DNA of 64,000 nt from Planctomycetota bacterium (GTDB lineage: Bacteria > Planctomycetota > UBA1135 > UBA2386): NCBI GenBank assembly GCA_965223545.1, contig OZ245006.1, positions 4,704,001 through 4,768,000 on the forward strand, given 5' to 3'. Position 1 is the first letter of the stretch. Each line of letters starts with the position of its first letter. The notes under the pieces are model-generated. The model was not told where the DNA came from, ran no database searches, and worked only from the letters and a program-made list of their open reading frames with translations. Position numbers and translations under genes: made by a program. Shown here piece after piece: positions 1 through 8,475 of this stretch.

Positions 1-13
1 GAGCGGCGCGCCG

Positions 14-730
14 TTGGTCGAGCAGCTGTCGCTTGCGCTGCGCCGGGTCAACGTCCATCCGCGTGCCGCCGCGCTGGAGATCGCTTGGGGCCCGCACCGC
101 TTGGTTGCGGACCTGCGCTTCGAGCGCGCCGCCAACGAAACGCCGGTGGCCGGCATCAGCCACGGCTGGGCCGGCACGGAGGAGCGCGGCTCGACGCGCA
201 TCATCTTCTTCGATCGCACGCCGCCGCCGAACTGGAACACGTCGCCCGGCCAGGTGGCCATCGAGTACGGCCGCGCCGTGTGGAAGGAGAAGTACGCCAG
301 CCGGGTCGACCACATCCTCGAACACGGGGCGCCCGAGTTTCAGAACGGGGCCCGACGGCGGTGGCGCCTGGGCCAGAACCAGTGGACCAACCTGGACACC
401 CGCTTCCCGCTCCGGTTCGGCGATGTCGTGATCCCGACCGGCTACTACTACCTCTTGCTGGAGGCCGGCGACGACGGTTTCCAACTGGCGTTCGTCGAAC
501 CCGACAGTCTCGACGGCATGCTGTTCGACGCCTGGCACGCCGACCGTCGACCGATGCCGCGCGGCACCCTCGTCCCGCTCCAACACGAGCGCACCAACGA
601 GGTCGCGGACACCCTCGACATCCGCTTCGAGCACCCAGGCGACGATCCCCGCGACGCGGTTCTGCGCATCGCTTTTGGTCCGCATCTCCTCTCCACCAAC
701 CTCTGGTTGGAATTCGAGCCCACCCGATAG
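14..730 (+). CDS. DUF2911-like domain protein, probably 5'-truncated by the window edge
   Basis: Motifs 'VAIEYGRAVWK', 'RWRLGQNQWTNLDT', 'LRFGDVVIPTGYYYL' and 'LRIAFGPH' resemble DUF2911. An earlier 'LEIAWGPH' suggests a tandem domain. The frame is open to position 1. Confidence 0.55.
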   Translation: MVEQLSLALRRVNVHPRAAALEIAWGPHRLVADLRFERAANETPVAGISHGWAGTEERGSTRIIFFDRTPPPNWNTSPGQVAIEYGRAVWKEKYASRVDHILEHGAPEFQNGARRRWRLGQNQWTNLDTRFPLRFGDVVIPTGYYYLLLEAGDDGFQLAFVEPDSLDGMLFDAWHADRRPMPRGTLVPLQHERTNEVADTLDIRFEHPGDDPRDAVLRIAFGPHLLSTNLWLEFEPTR

Positions 731-750
731 TACGGAGCCAGGCTCCGATT
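729..750. repeat. Short palindromic intergenic repeat, copy 1 (AGTAC-GGAGCC-A-GGCTCC-GATT)
   Basis: Same architecture as the copies at 11137 and 43160. It lies between convergent genes. Confidence 0.55.
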
Positions 751-763
751 CATCACTCCGCCA

Positions 764-2242
764 CTAGCGCGCCGCGTCGATCCGCACCCACGCGCGCCGC
801 GCGGCCTCGCGCACCGAGGGATCGGGGTCCGACAGCCGCCGTTCGAGTTGTTGCGCTGGGGTCACTGCGAGCGGCGTTCCGATGCTGTCCAGCACCGAGT
901 CGAGCGTGATCCCGCTGAACCGCTGCATCGTGCGTGTCATCTCGATCGCGTGCAGGTCCATCGAGAAGTGTGGCATCGGCGTGGTGAAGCGGCTGAGGCT
1001 GAGTGCCGCGAGGCGCCGCACGCGCGGGTCTTCGTCGTCGAGGCAGGTGCTGACGACGACGTAGGCCGGCACGCAGCCGATCCGCGCCAACGCCCAAACC
1101 GCCGCAGCCCGCACTCCTGGATCGGGGTCGCGCACGCGCCGCACGACCTCGTAGAACGTGCGCCGCTCAGCGAGCTCGCCGAGCCGCAACAGTGCGCGTT
1201 CGCGCGCGGCCGGATCCTCGGCACCGAGCTCGGCCATCAACGACGCTTCCTCTGCGGGCGACACGGCGGGGGTGCCGCCGGCGTCGATCGTGGCGACGGC
1301 CGCGAAACCCGGCAGCAAGAGCCACAGCGCGCTGCGCGCCCACGCGTTTCGCCTCGACGTAGCCACGCGCACCGGTGTCAACAACGCGCGCACGCGGCGA
1401 TCGAGATCGTGCGCGATCGCGGGCGCCAGGCCGGGTCTGGCCCTGCGGCTGCGGCGCGCCATCGCCACCAACGCATCGGCATACGCCAGGCGGTCGGTCG
1501 GATCGCGGACCGCGCGCTCATCGGCAGCTCGTTCGCGCAAGTGCACGACCCGCCGCGCCAGCACCCAAGCCGCCGGATGAAACCACAGCACCGCGCACGC
1601 CAGGCGCACGACCACGTTGCTGACATCATCGCGGCGTGCGAGGTGCGCGAACTCGTGGCGCAACACCCAAGCCGCTTGCCGCAACGGCCAACGCCCGGCG
1701 GCCGGCGGCACCAAGACCATGGGCCGCAGCACGCCGAATGCGATCGGTGAGCGCAGACCTTCGGCGACGCGCACCGTCACCGCGGAACCGCTCGGTGCCA
1801 GCCGTGCCGCCAGCCGTCGCAGCGCGCGCGGCGCGGGCGTCGACCGCCGCCGCAGCCGTTCGAGCATCAGCAGCTGGGCCACCAGATGCGCCACGACAAG
1901 CGCGCCACCCCAGGCCCACCCCCACAGCACCCAAGGCGCCGCCCCGCTCCACCACGTCGTCGTCGGTCGCAGCTCCGTCACCGTCAGTGCGTCGGCGGCG
2001 AGCAGCTCGGCCACCGGCACCGGCTCGTGCCAGCGGGGATCGGCGAACAGCGGCAACGGCCCGGGGCCCAACAGCTCCACCATCGGTGCCAATGCCGCGA
2101 AGAAGAGGGCGGCGACGCACAGCGCGTGCCGCCATGCCGGAGCGATCCCGCCGCGCGCCGCCAGCGCATCGCAAGCGAGCGCGATCGCCAGCACCGCGGT
2201 GCCACGCACCAAGACCGCTTCGACCCAGGGATCGCCGATCAT
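764..2242 (-). CDS. BlaR1/MecR1-type M56 metallopeptidase with C-terminal HEAT repeats
   Basis: N-terminal TM segments, 'SPIAFGVLRPMVLVP', zinc motif HEFAH-LARRD and 'WFHPAAW...RERAADE'. The C-terminus has 'DPDPGVRAAAVWAL', 'DEDPRVRRLAALSL' and 'DPDPSVREAA' HEAT/PBS repeats. ATGA overlap with the blaI-like gene. Confidence 0.9.
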   Translation of the reverse strand: MIGDPWVEAVLVRGTAVLAIALACDALAARGGIAPAWRHALCVAALFFAALAPMVELLGPGPLPLFADPRWHEPVPVAELLAADALTVTELRPTTTWWSGAAPWVLWGWAWGGALVVAHLVAQLLMLERLRRRSTPAPRALRRLAARLAPSGSAVTVRVAEGLRSPIAFGVLRPMVLVPPAAGRWPLRQAAWVLRHEFAHLARRDDVSNVVVRLACAVLWFHPAAWVLARRVVHLRERAADERAVRDPTDRLAYADALVAMARRSRRARPGLAPAIAHDLDRRVRALLTPVRVATSRRNAWARSALWLLLPGFAAVATIDAGGTPAVSPAEEASLMAELGAEDPAARERALLRLGELAERRTFYEVVRRVRDPDPGVRAAAVWALARIGCVPAYVVVSTCLDDEDPRVRRLAALSLSRFTTPMPHFSMDLHAIEMTRTMQRFSGITLDSVLDSIGTPLAVTPAQQLERRLSDPDPSVREAARRAWVRIDAAR

Positions 2243-2631
2243 GACCGCCGCGCGCGCCGCGCCTGGCTGATCAACCGCTGCAGCTGATCGAGGTCCGCAT
2301 CGGACAGATCTTGGCTCTGCAGGTCGAGGAGCGTCGAGACCACGCCGGGCGCCGAGCCGTCGAAGAACGTCTCCATCACGTGGCGCAGGGCCGAGCGCTG
2401 CGCGCGATCGCGCCGCACGCGCGGCGCGTAGACGTAGCGTTTGCCGTCGCGCCGGTGCGCGACGTGTCCCTTCCGCTCGAGCACCCCCAGCGTCACCCGC
2501 ACCGAGTTGTAGCTCACGGCATCGCGCAGGCCCTCGACGACGTCCGCCACGGTTGCGGGTGCGCGGCGGTGCAGCACCGCCATGATCTGGCGCTCGCGCA
2601 TGCTCAGGTCGTGGTCGATCGGCCGTGGCAC
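2239..2631 (-). CDS. BlaI/MecI/CopY family transcriptional repressor
   Basis: 'LSMRERQIMAVL', 'SYNSVRVTLGVLERKGHV' and 'FFDGSAPGVVSTLL'; coupled to the M56 gene. Confidence 0.92.
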   Translation of the reverse strand: MPRPIDHDLSMRERQIMAVLHRRAPATVADVVEGLRDAVSYNSVRVTLGVLERKGHVAHRRDGKRYVYAPRVRRDRAQRSALRHVMETFFDGSAPGVVSTLLDLQSQDLSDADLDQLQRLISQARRARRS

Positions 2632-2685
2632 GACGCCATCATTGCATAAAATCCTTCATTTCGAGGCGCTCGACCGGCCGGGAAA

Positions 2686-3645
2686 TCAACCCGTCACCAA
2701 GGCCGCCGCCTCCGATGCGCAGCCCCACGCCAGGGTCATGCCGCAGCCGCCGTGGCCGTAGTTGTGCACCACCGTGCGTCCCGCCGCCGTCGTCCCGCGC
2801 TCGAGGCGCACGGCCGGGCGGCCAGGGCGCGCCGCGGCGGCGACGCTGACCACCCGCGCCGCGCGCAGCTCCGGCAGCATCGCCTCGCAGCGGGCGCGAA
2901 TCGAAGCGGTCATCGCCGGGTCAGCGGGTGTTTCGCGGCCGCGCTCGGCGCACCCGCCGAGCACGACGTCGCCGCTGCGCGGCACCACGTAGGTCACTCC
3001 GCCGGGGTGGTCGTCGTCGAGAACAGCGCTCTCCACCGACACGCCAGTGACCCGCACGACCTGACCCCAGAGCGGGAACATCGTGCCGTCGGCGACGAGC
3101 TCGCGCGCACCCAGCCCACTGCAGTGCACCACTACACAGCCCTCGCCGGCGAGATCCGCGGCCTCGTCCAGGGTTGTCAGCGCGCGGGTCACGCGGCGGA
3201 CCCCGGCGCCTTCCAGGCGCGTCTCGAGCGCTTCGAGGTAGGCCGGCATCTCCGCCAGCGGTGCGTCGAGCGCGAAGCCATCGACGCACCCTGCGGGGAG
3301 CGCGGCGACGGGCAGATGGAGAAACCCCTCGACCGCTCCGCACCAGCGCGGTGGCGGCGTCGGTCGGCGAAAGCCGGCGACCACCCGCGTCATCCGCACC
3401 GGCCAGTCGCCGCGGCGGGCTTGGGCCGCGTAGATCTCATAGCTCGCCGCCGCCCACGCTTCGACGCGGTCCGCCGGCTGCGCGGCGTAGGGAAACCAGA
3501 TCGCCGCCGCGACCGCCGACGTCGTCGCGGAACCGGAATCGCGCGCCACGACGGTGACCTCGACGCCGCGTTCGGCCAGCCGCAGAGCTGTGGTGAGACC
3601 GGCGATGCCGGCGCCGACGACCAGGGCGCGAACCATGACCCGCAT
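2686..3645 (-). CDS. D-amino-acid oxidase (FAD-dependent, DAO family)
   Basis: Rossmann motif 'VVGAGIAGLTTA', 'TTSAVAAAIW', 'RPGRPAVRLE' and the DAO signature 'VVHNYGHGGCGMTLAWGCA'. The start is moved to ATG 3645 (or 3636); the ORF-track extension overlaps the next gene. Confidence 0.88.
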   Translation of the reverse strand: MRVMVRALVVGAGIAGLTTALRLAERGVEVTVVARDSGSATTSAVAAAIWFPYAAQPADRVEAWAAASYEIYAAQARRGDWPVRMTRVVAGFRRPTPPPRWCGAVEGFLHLPVAALPAGCVDGFALDAPLAEMPAYLEALETRLEGAGVRRVTRALTTLDEAADLAGEGCVVVHCSGLGARELVADGTMFPLWGQVVRVTGVSVESAVLDDDHPGGVTYVVPRSGDVVLGGCAERGRETPADPAMTASIRARCEAMLPELRAARVVSVAAAARPGRPAVRLERGTTAAGRTVVHNYGHGGCGMTLAWGCASEAAALVTG

Positions 3646-3697
3646 CTTTTGCTGCCGCGGCCCGCGGCGCAAGCCGTGCCGTCGGTCTGCCTGTGCG

Positions 3698-5143
3698 TCA
3701 CCGCCGCTCGAAGCGCGGTGCTCCGCCGCCATCGCCGCCCTGCGGCGGCGATCGGACGAACTCGGGAGCGAACGCGTCGGCCGGCGGCAGCAGGGGTTCG
3801 CCGCGCACGACGAAGCGCTCGTAGTCGGCGCGCGCTGCCAGGCCGTGGCGTTCGAGCAGGTCAAACAGATCGGCCTCGCCGATTGTCCCGCCCCGCGCCT
3901 CGGCGGCATCGATGAAAGCGTCGACCACGCGGTCCAACGGCGGCCCGCCGTGTGCCGCGAGCTGCCGATCCCATCGCAGCGCGAGCAACGGGCCGCGCGT
4001 GTAGTTGAGGCGTTCGTGATGATTGGTGTAGTCGCCGGCGGCCAGCGCGGCGGCAACCTCCTCGAGCGACGCGTGGCGCATCGGGTTGCGCGCCAACTCG
4101 CTCAGGTCGCGGTTGAACGCCGCCACCAGAGCGTCTTCGTCGATCAGGCCGGCAGCGCGCAGACAGACGCGCGTGCAGTACTCGACGAACCCCTCGATGA
4201 ACCAGTCGAGGCGGTACTCGTCGACGCCGTGCTCGCCCTTCCTGCGCCATTCCTCGACCGCAGCTCGTCCGGGGATCCAGTGGTGCAGTGTCTCGTGAGC
4301 GACCAGCAGCAACAGCCGATCGATCCCTGTGTCCGGGTCGACGAAGCAGGCGAAGGCGTTGTCGATGGCGACGCCGGCGCGGTACTTCGGTCGCCCGGTG
4401 ATGCAGATCGCGTAGCTGTCCAGCCCGAATGGACCGAAGCGCTCGGCCAGCATCTCGACCGCGGCGCGCACCGCGCTCCGGACGTGGGCGCGATCCTCGA
4501 ACGCGCCGGTGACCAGCACCGACACCGCCGTGCCCGCGCACTCGAACTCGGCCAGCGGTGCGCGCGCGCCGGCGACCAGGACCTCGATCTCGTCGTCGGT
4601 GCGCTCGGCGTCTAGATTGGTGAGTACCGACCAGCCGGCGGGCACGTCGGCAAACCGAAGCCGCGGGCGCTGCGCGCCCGCGCCCCCGTCCGCGACGCGG
4701 ACACGCCATTGGCCGTCGAAGAGGTGAAAGTGGTCGGCCGACACCGCGGGCCGGTAGGCCCGGTCCGGGTGCAGTGTGGGGTCCCAATCGATCTCGTAGT
4801 GCAGCGTGAGGTCCGCGCTGGGCGGGTGGCGTACGACCCGGTCGGCACCCTCACCCGCCACCAGGCTGCCGCCCTCGACGCGCAGTTCGCGCACGTGGTC
4901 GAACATCCGTGGCACGCCGTATCGGTCCTCCGGCAGCCGAATCCGGGTCTGGCCCGAGCCATGTCCCCGAAACTGCATCGAGATCGCCAGCCGCGTGCGG
5001 TCGGCAGCCGGTTCTGGCCGGAGGACGTAGGTAACGGTCTCGTGGGTGGTTGTGCCGGCTGGTTCGGTCTTGCCCGGCGCCGCGCACGCCGCCAACCAAG
5101 AGAAGGCCGTGGCCCCGAGCCCGGCGCGGGAGAGGGTTCTCAT
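3698..5143 (-). CDS. M61/M1-like gluzincin aminopeptidase, probable lipoprotein
   Basis: HETLH zinc motif with downstream 'WFIEGFVEY' and 'YTRGPLLAL'. Lipobox 'LAAC' follows ATG 5143. Confidence 0.75.
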   Translation of the reverse strand: MRTLSRAGLGATAFSWLAACAAPGKTEPAGTTTHETVTYVLRPEPAADRTRLAISMQFRGHGSGQTRIRLPEDRYGVPRMFDHVRELRVEGGSLVAGEGADRVVRHPPSADLTLHYEIDWDPTLHPDRAYRPAVSADHFHLFDGQWRVRVADGGAGAQRPRLRFADVPAGWSVLTNLDAERTDDEIEVLVAGARAPLAEFECAGTAVSVLVTGAFEDRAHVRSAVRAAVEMLAERFGPFGLDSYAICITGRPKYRAGVAIDNAFACFVDPDTGIDRLLLLVAHETLHHWIPGRAAVEEWRRKGEHGVDEYRLDWFIEGFVEYCTRVCLRAAGLIDEDALVAAFNRDLSELARNPMRHASLEEVAAALAAGDYTNHHERLNYTRGPLLALRWDRQLAAHGGPPLDRVVDAFIDAAEARGGTIGEADLFDLLERHGLAARADYERFVVRGEPLLPPADAFAPEFVRSPPQGGDGGGAPRFERR

Positions 5144-5374
5144 CGAACCCGTCCTTCGTGCGGACTGGGCTGCGATTGCCGAGAAGATTCGGTGGGCGGC
5201 CGGTTCGCCTAAAGGCGGCCCCCCGGGGGGTGGTCGATACCTTCGGAGAGGGCTCCGGCACGCCGCGCGCGGTTTTCCGATGGATCCGCGGCGGGGGGTC
5301 GGACAACCTCTCCGACGGGCCGTCGCGGGCACGCGCCAAGCGGCCTCCGAGCACTCAAAGAGCCGCTAGAAACC

Positions 5375-6397
5375 ATGAAACACTGCAAAGCTGAGTACAT
5401 CTGGCTCGACGGCACGCAGCCGTCGGCGCTCATGCGTTCGAAGACCAAGATCCTGGCCGACGGCGAGCAGCCGCCGGTATGGGGGTTCGACGGTTCGTCC
5501 ACGAACCAGGCGCCGGGGCGCAACTCGGACTGCGTGCTGCAGCCCGTGTGCACGATGCCGGACCCGCTGCGCGGCGCGCCGCATGTCCTCGTCCTGTGCG
5601 AAGTGCTGCTGACCGACATGACGCCGCACCCGACCAACACCCGGGCCGCTTGCCACGAGGTCGCACAGCGCTACGCCGCTGAGGAGTGTCTGTTCGGGCT
5701 GGAGCAGGAATACACCTTCATGAGCGAGTCGGGGACGCCACTGGGGTTCCCGGCCCGTGGCTATCCGGCGCCCCAGGGGCCGTATTACTGCGGTGTTGGC
5801 GGCAGTCAGATCTTCGGTCGCGACATCGTCGAGAAGCACTTGGACAGCTGCCTCGCCGCCGGCATCCAGATTTCGGGGATCAACGCCGAGGTGATGCCGG
5901 GTCAGTGGGAGTTTCAGGTCGGACCGCTCGGGCCGGTGGAAGTCGCCGATCAACTGGTGCTGGCGCGCTGGCTGCTGTGCAGGATCGCCGAGGACTTCCA
6001 CTGTGATGCGACCTTCGACCCCAAGCCGGCGAAGGGCGATTGGAACGGTGCAGGGTGCCACTCCAACTTCTCGACCAAGGCGATGCGCGGGAGCTACGAA
6101 GCGTGTGTCGCCGCGTGTGAGGCACTCGGCGCGCGCGCGCAGGAGCACGTGCGGCACTACGGTCACGGCATCGAGGATCGCTTGACCGGCCACCATGAGA
6201 CCCAACGGTGGGACACGTATTCTTACGGGGTGTCCGACCGCGGTGCGTCGGTGCGCATCCCGTGGCAGGTCGAGCGGGACGGCAAGGGCTACATCGAGGA
6301 TCGGCGGCCCAACGCCAACTGCGATCCGTACTCCGTCACCCGGTTGATCACGGAAACCGTGTGCTCGGCAGAGCGTGGTGCCCCGGTGACGGCCTGA
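5375..6397 (+). CDS. glnII: Glutamine synthetase type II
   Basis: 340 aa; 'AEYIWLDG', 'WGFDGSSTNQA', 'PQGPYYCGVG', 'INAEVMPGQWEFQVG', 'GDWNGAGCHSNFST' and 'GYIEDRRPNANCDPY' are GSII signatures. Confidence 0.95.
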   Translation: MKHCKAEYIWLDGTQPSALMRSKTKILADGEQPPVWGFDGSSTNQAPGRNSDCVLQPVCTMPDPLRGAPHVLVLCEVLLTDMTPHPTNTRAACHEVAQRYAAEECLFGLEQEYTFMSESGTPLGFPARGYPAPQGPYYCGVGGSQIFGRDIVEKHLDSCLAAGIQISGINAEVMPGQWEFQVGPLGPVEVADQLVLARWLLCRIAEDFHCDATFDPKPAKGDWNGAGCHSNFSTKAMRGSYEACVAACEALGARAQEHVRHYGHGIEDRLTGHHETQRWDTYSYGVSDRGASVRIPWQVERDGKGYIEDRRPNANCDPYSVTRLITETVCSAERGAPVTA

Positions 6398-6514
6398 CGG
6401 GTTCCTGTCGCGGAGCCTGCATCGTTCTTCGCGATGGTGGCGTGTTCCGAGAAGAATCTTCGCTGATAATCCGAATTTGGCGACAGGGCGTTCGTCAGAT
6501 GCGATCATCAGCGA

Positions 6515-6988
6515 ATGATTGATTCCGTCGACCGCAAACTCCTCGGCCTGCTGCAGGCCGATGCCCGAGTGTCCAACGCCGCCCTGGCGCGCGATCTGGG
6601 CATGGCGCCCTCGGCGGTGCACCAGCGCGTGCGCCGGCTGGAGGAGCGGGGCGTGCTGCGCGGCTACACGGCGCGGGTCGATCCCGATTCGGTCGGCCGC
6701 GGTCTGCTCGCGTTCATCCATCTGCGCACCGAGGAGGCGCTGGACGACACCGACATTCCAGAGCGCGTCGCGCAGCTCCCCGGCGTGCTCGAAGTGCACG
6801 ACATCGCCGGCGAGGACTGTTACCTGGTCAAGGTGCGAGCCGCCGACCCGGCCGCGCTGCACCGGTTGATTCGGCGCGGCTTCGGTGGTGTCCCGGGCGT
6901 TCGCTCGACCAAGACGACGATCGTGCTGAAGACCTTTGCCGAGCGCTGCGAGGTCCCCCTCGCGGCGGAGGCGGACGACCTTCGCTGA
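6515..6988 (+). CDS. Lrp/AsnC family transcriptional regulator
   Basis: 'DSVDRKLLGLLQADARVSNAALA...RVRRLEERGVLRGY' HTH and RAM domain 'VHDIAGEDCYLVKV'. Confidence 0.93.
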   Translation: MIDSVDRKLLGLLQADARVSNAALARDLGMAPSAVHQRVRRLEERGVLRGYTARVDPDSVGRGLLAFIHLRTEEALDDTDIPERVAQLPGVLEVHDIAGEDCYLVKVRAADPAALHRLIRRGFGGVPGVRSTKTTIVLKTFAERCEVPLAAEADDLR

Positions 6989-7037
6989 CCTACGCCCCCT
7001 TTCTTCCCACCCTCGACTCCAGAGGCGGAGATCTCCG

Positions 7038-8423
7038 TTGTACGCCATTCCTCCCTCTCCCGCTCTCAGCGCTGCCGTGTGCTGGGTGGCGCTCTCGCTG
7101 CCGGCCACGCTGGCTGCTCAGGACAAAGCTGCCGAAGCAGCGCGGCCGTGGACGCTGATGATCTACGGCGGCTCCGACAACGACAGCGAGCGCAGCTTCT
7201 GCCCGGACATGGCCGACATGCGCGACGCTCTGGCGACCGACGAGGCCAGCGCGGTGCTGTGCTTGGCCGATCGCTCCGCCAAGTACTCCGATCGGCCCGG
7301 ACCATTCGGCGAGGACTACACCGGCATGCGGCTGTACGAGCTCACGCGCGCCGTCGCGACGCGGCTCGACGGCGGCGACCTGTTGCCGTCGGCGCGCATC
7401 GACGCCGGCGCGACGGCGGATTCCGGCGACGCCCACAACGTGCGTGGGCTGGTGCGCTACGCCAAACGCAACTACCCGGCGCAGCGCTACGCCCTTCTGT
7501 TCTACAGCCACGGAAACGGTGCACAGTGGTGTCCGGACGAGGGCGAGGGGACGGCGCTGTTCCCGGCCGAGCTGAGCGCCGTTCTGGGCGAGGACGAACG
7601 CGTCGACCTCATGGTGTTCGACGTCTGCGAGATGGCCTCGATCGAGAACGCCTACCAGTGGCGCGCGCGCCCGGGCGCGTTCTCCGCCGACGTCATGGTG
7701 GCGACGCCGATGGCGGGCGTGCCGTTTCCTTGGGCCGATATCGTCAATGCGGGTGCGCTGGCGAGTGACGATGCCGTCGAGTTCGCGCGCATCGTCGTCG
7801 CCCAGACGGAGGCGCACCGCAGGCGAGAGGCCGGCATGCAGCACAGCGCGCGGGTGCGGCAGATGATCGACCGCGAGGCGATGGTCGGCGTCGACCTGCG
7901 CCGCATCGAGCCGGTGGTCGAGGCGCTGCAGCAGGTGGCGCGAGGACTGGCCGCGGCCGAGGACGGCCGGCAGCTGCTGGCTGCGATTGCCGGCGGGGAG
8001 CCAGCCGCCGCCGTCCGCTACGGCGGCCCGCTCGTCGATGTGCTCGACCTGGGTGCGCGATTGGCGGAGCGCGGCACTGGCGCGGCCGTACGCGAGGCGG
8101 GCGCGGCGCTGGCGGCGGCGGTCGACGACGCGGTGTTCGCCAGCTACGGGATGGACGCCTACGCGGCGGGGGAGGGCTTCCGCCCCGGCGCGCACGGCCT
8201 GCAGGTCACCCTGCCGCCCCTGGACACTCCCGCCGAGCCGCTATGGCGGCGCCTGCAGTGGTATACACCCCTGCAGCGGCGGGCAAAGGGCCGCAGCTAC
8301 GGCGAGTTGGAGATCTGCGCCGCGGGCGCCACCCCCGGCGATGGCCGCGTCGACAACTGGTTCGAGCTGCTCGATGCCTGGCTGGATCCGGGCGAAGACG
8401 ACCGCAACGGCTACCGGTACTGA
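7038..8423 (+). CDS. Secreted clostripain-family (C11) cysteine peptidase; start uncertain
   Basis: 'WTLMIYGGSDND', 'YPAQRYALLFYSHGNG' (catalytic His) and 'DLMVFDVCEMASIE' (catalytic Cys). Signal-peptide-like segment ending 'LAAQ'. Confidence 0.82.
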   Translation: MYAIPPSPALSAAVCWVALSLPATLAAQDKAAEAARPWTLMIYGGSDNDSERSFCPDMADMRDALATDEASAVLCLADRSAKYSDRPGPFGEDYTGMRLYELTRAVATRLDGGDLLPSARIDAGATADSGDAHNVRGLVRYAKRNYPAQRYALLFYSHGNGAQWCPDEGEGTALFPAELSAVLGEDERVDLMVFDVCEMASIENAYQWRARPGAFSADVMVATPMAGVPFPWADIVNAGALASDDAVEFARIVVAQTEAHRRREAGMQHSARVRQMIDREAMVGVDLRRIEPVVEALQQVARGLAAAEDGRQLLAAIAGGEPAAAVRYGGPLVDVLDLGARLAERGTGAAVREAGAALAAAVDDAVFASYGMDAYAAGEGFRPGAHGLQVTLPPLDTPAEPLWRRLQWYTPLQRRAKGRSYGELEICAAGATPGDGRVDNWFELLDAWLDPGEDDRNGYRY

Positions 8424-8475
8424 CCGGCGTTTTCGTCGCCGCCGCGACGTGCGATGATGGCGGCCAGATTTCGTC

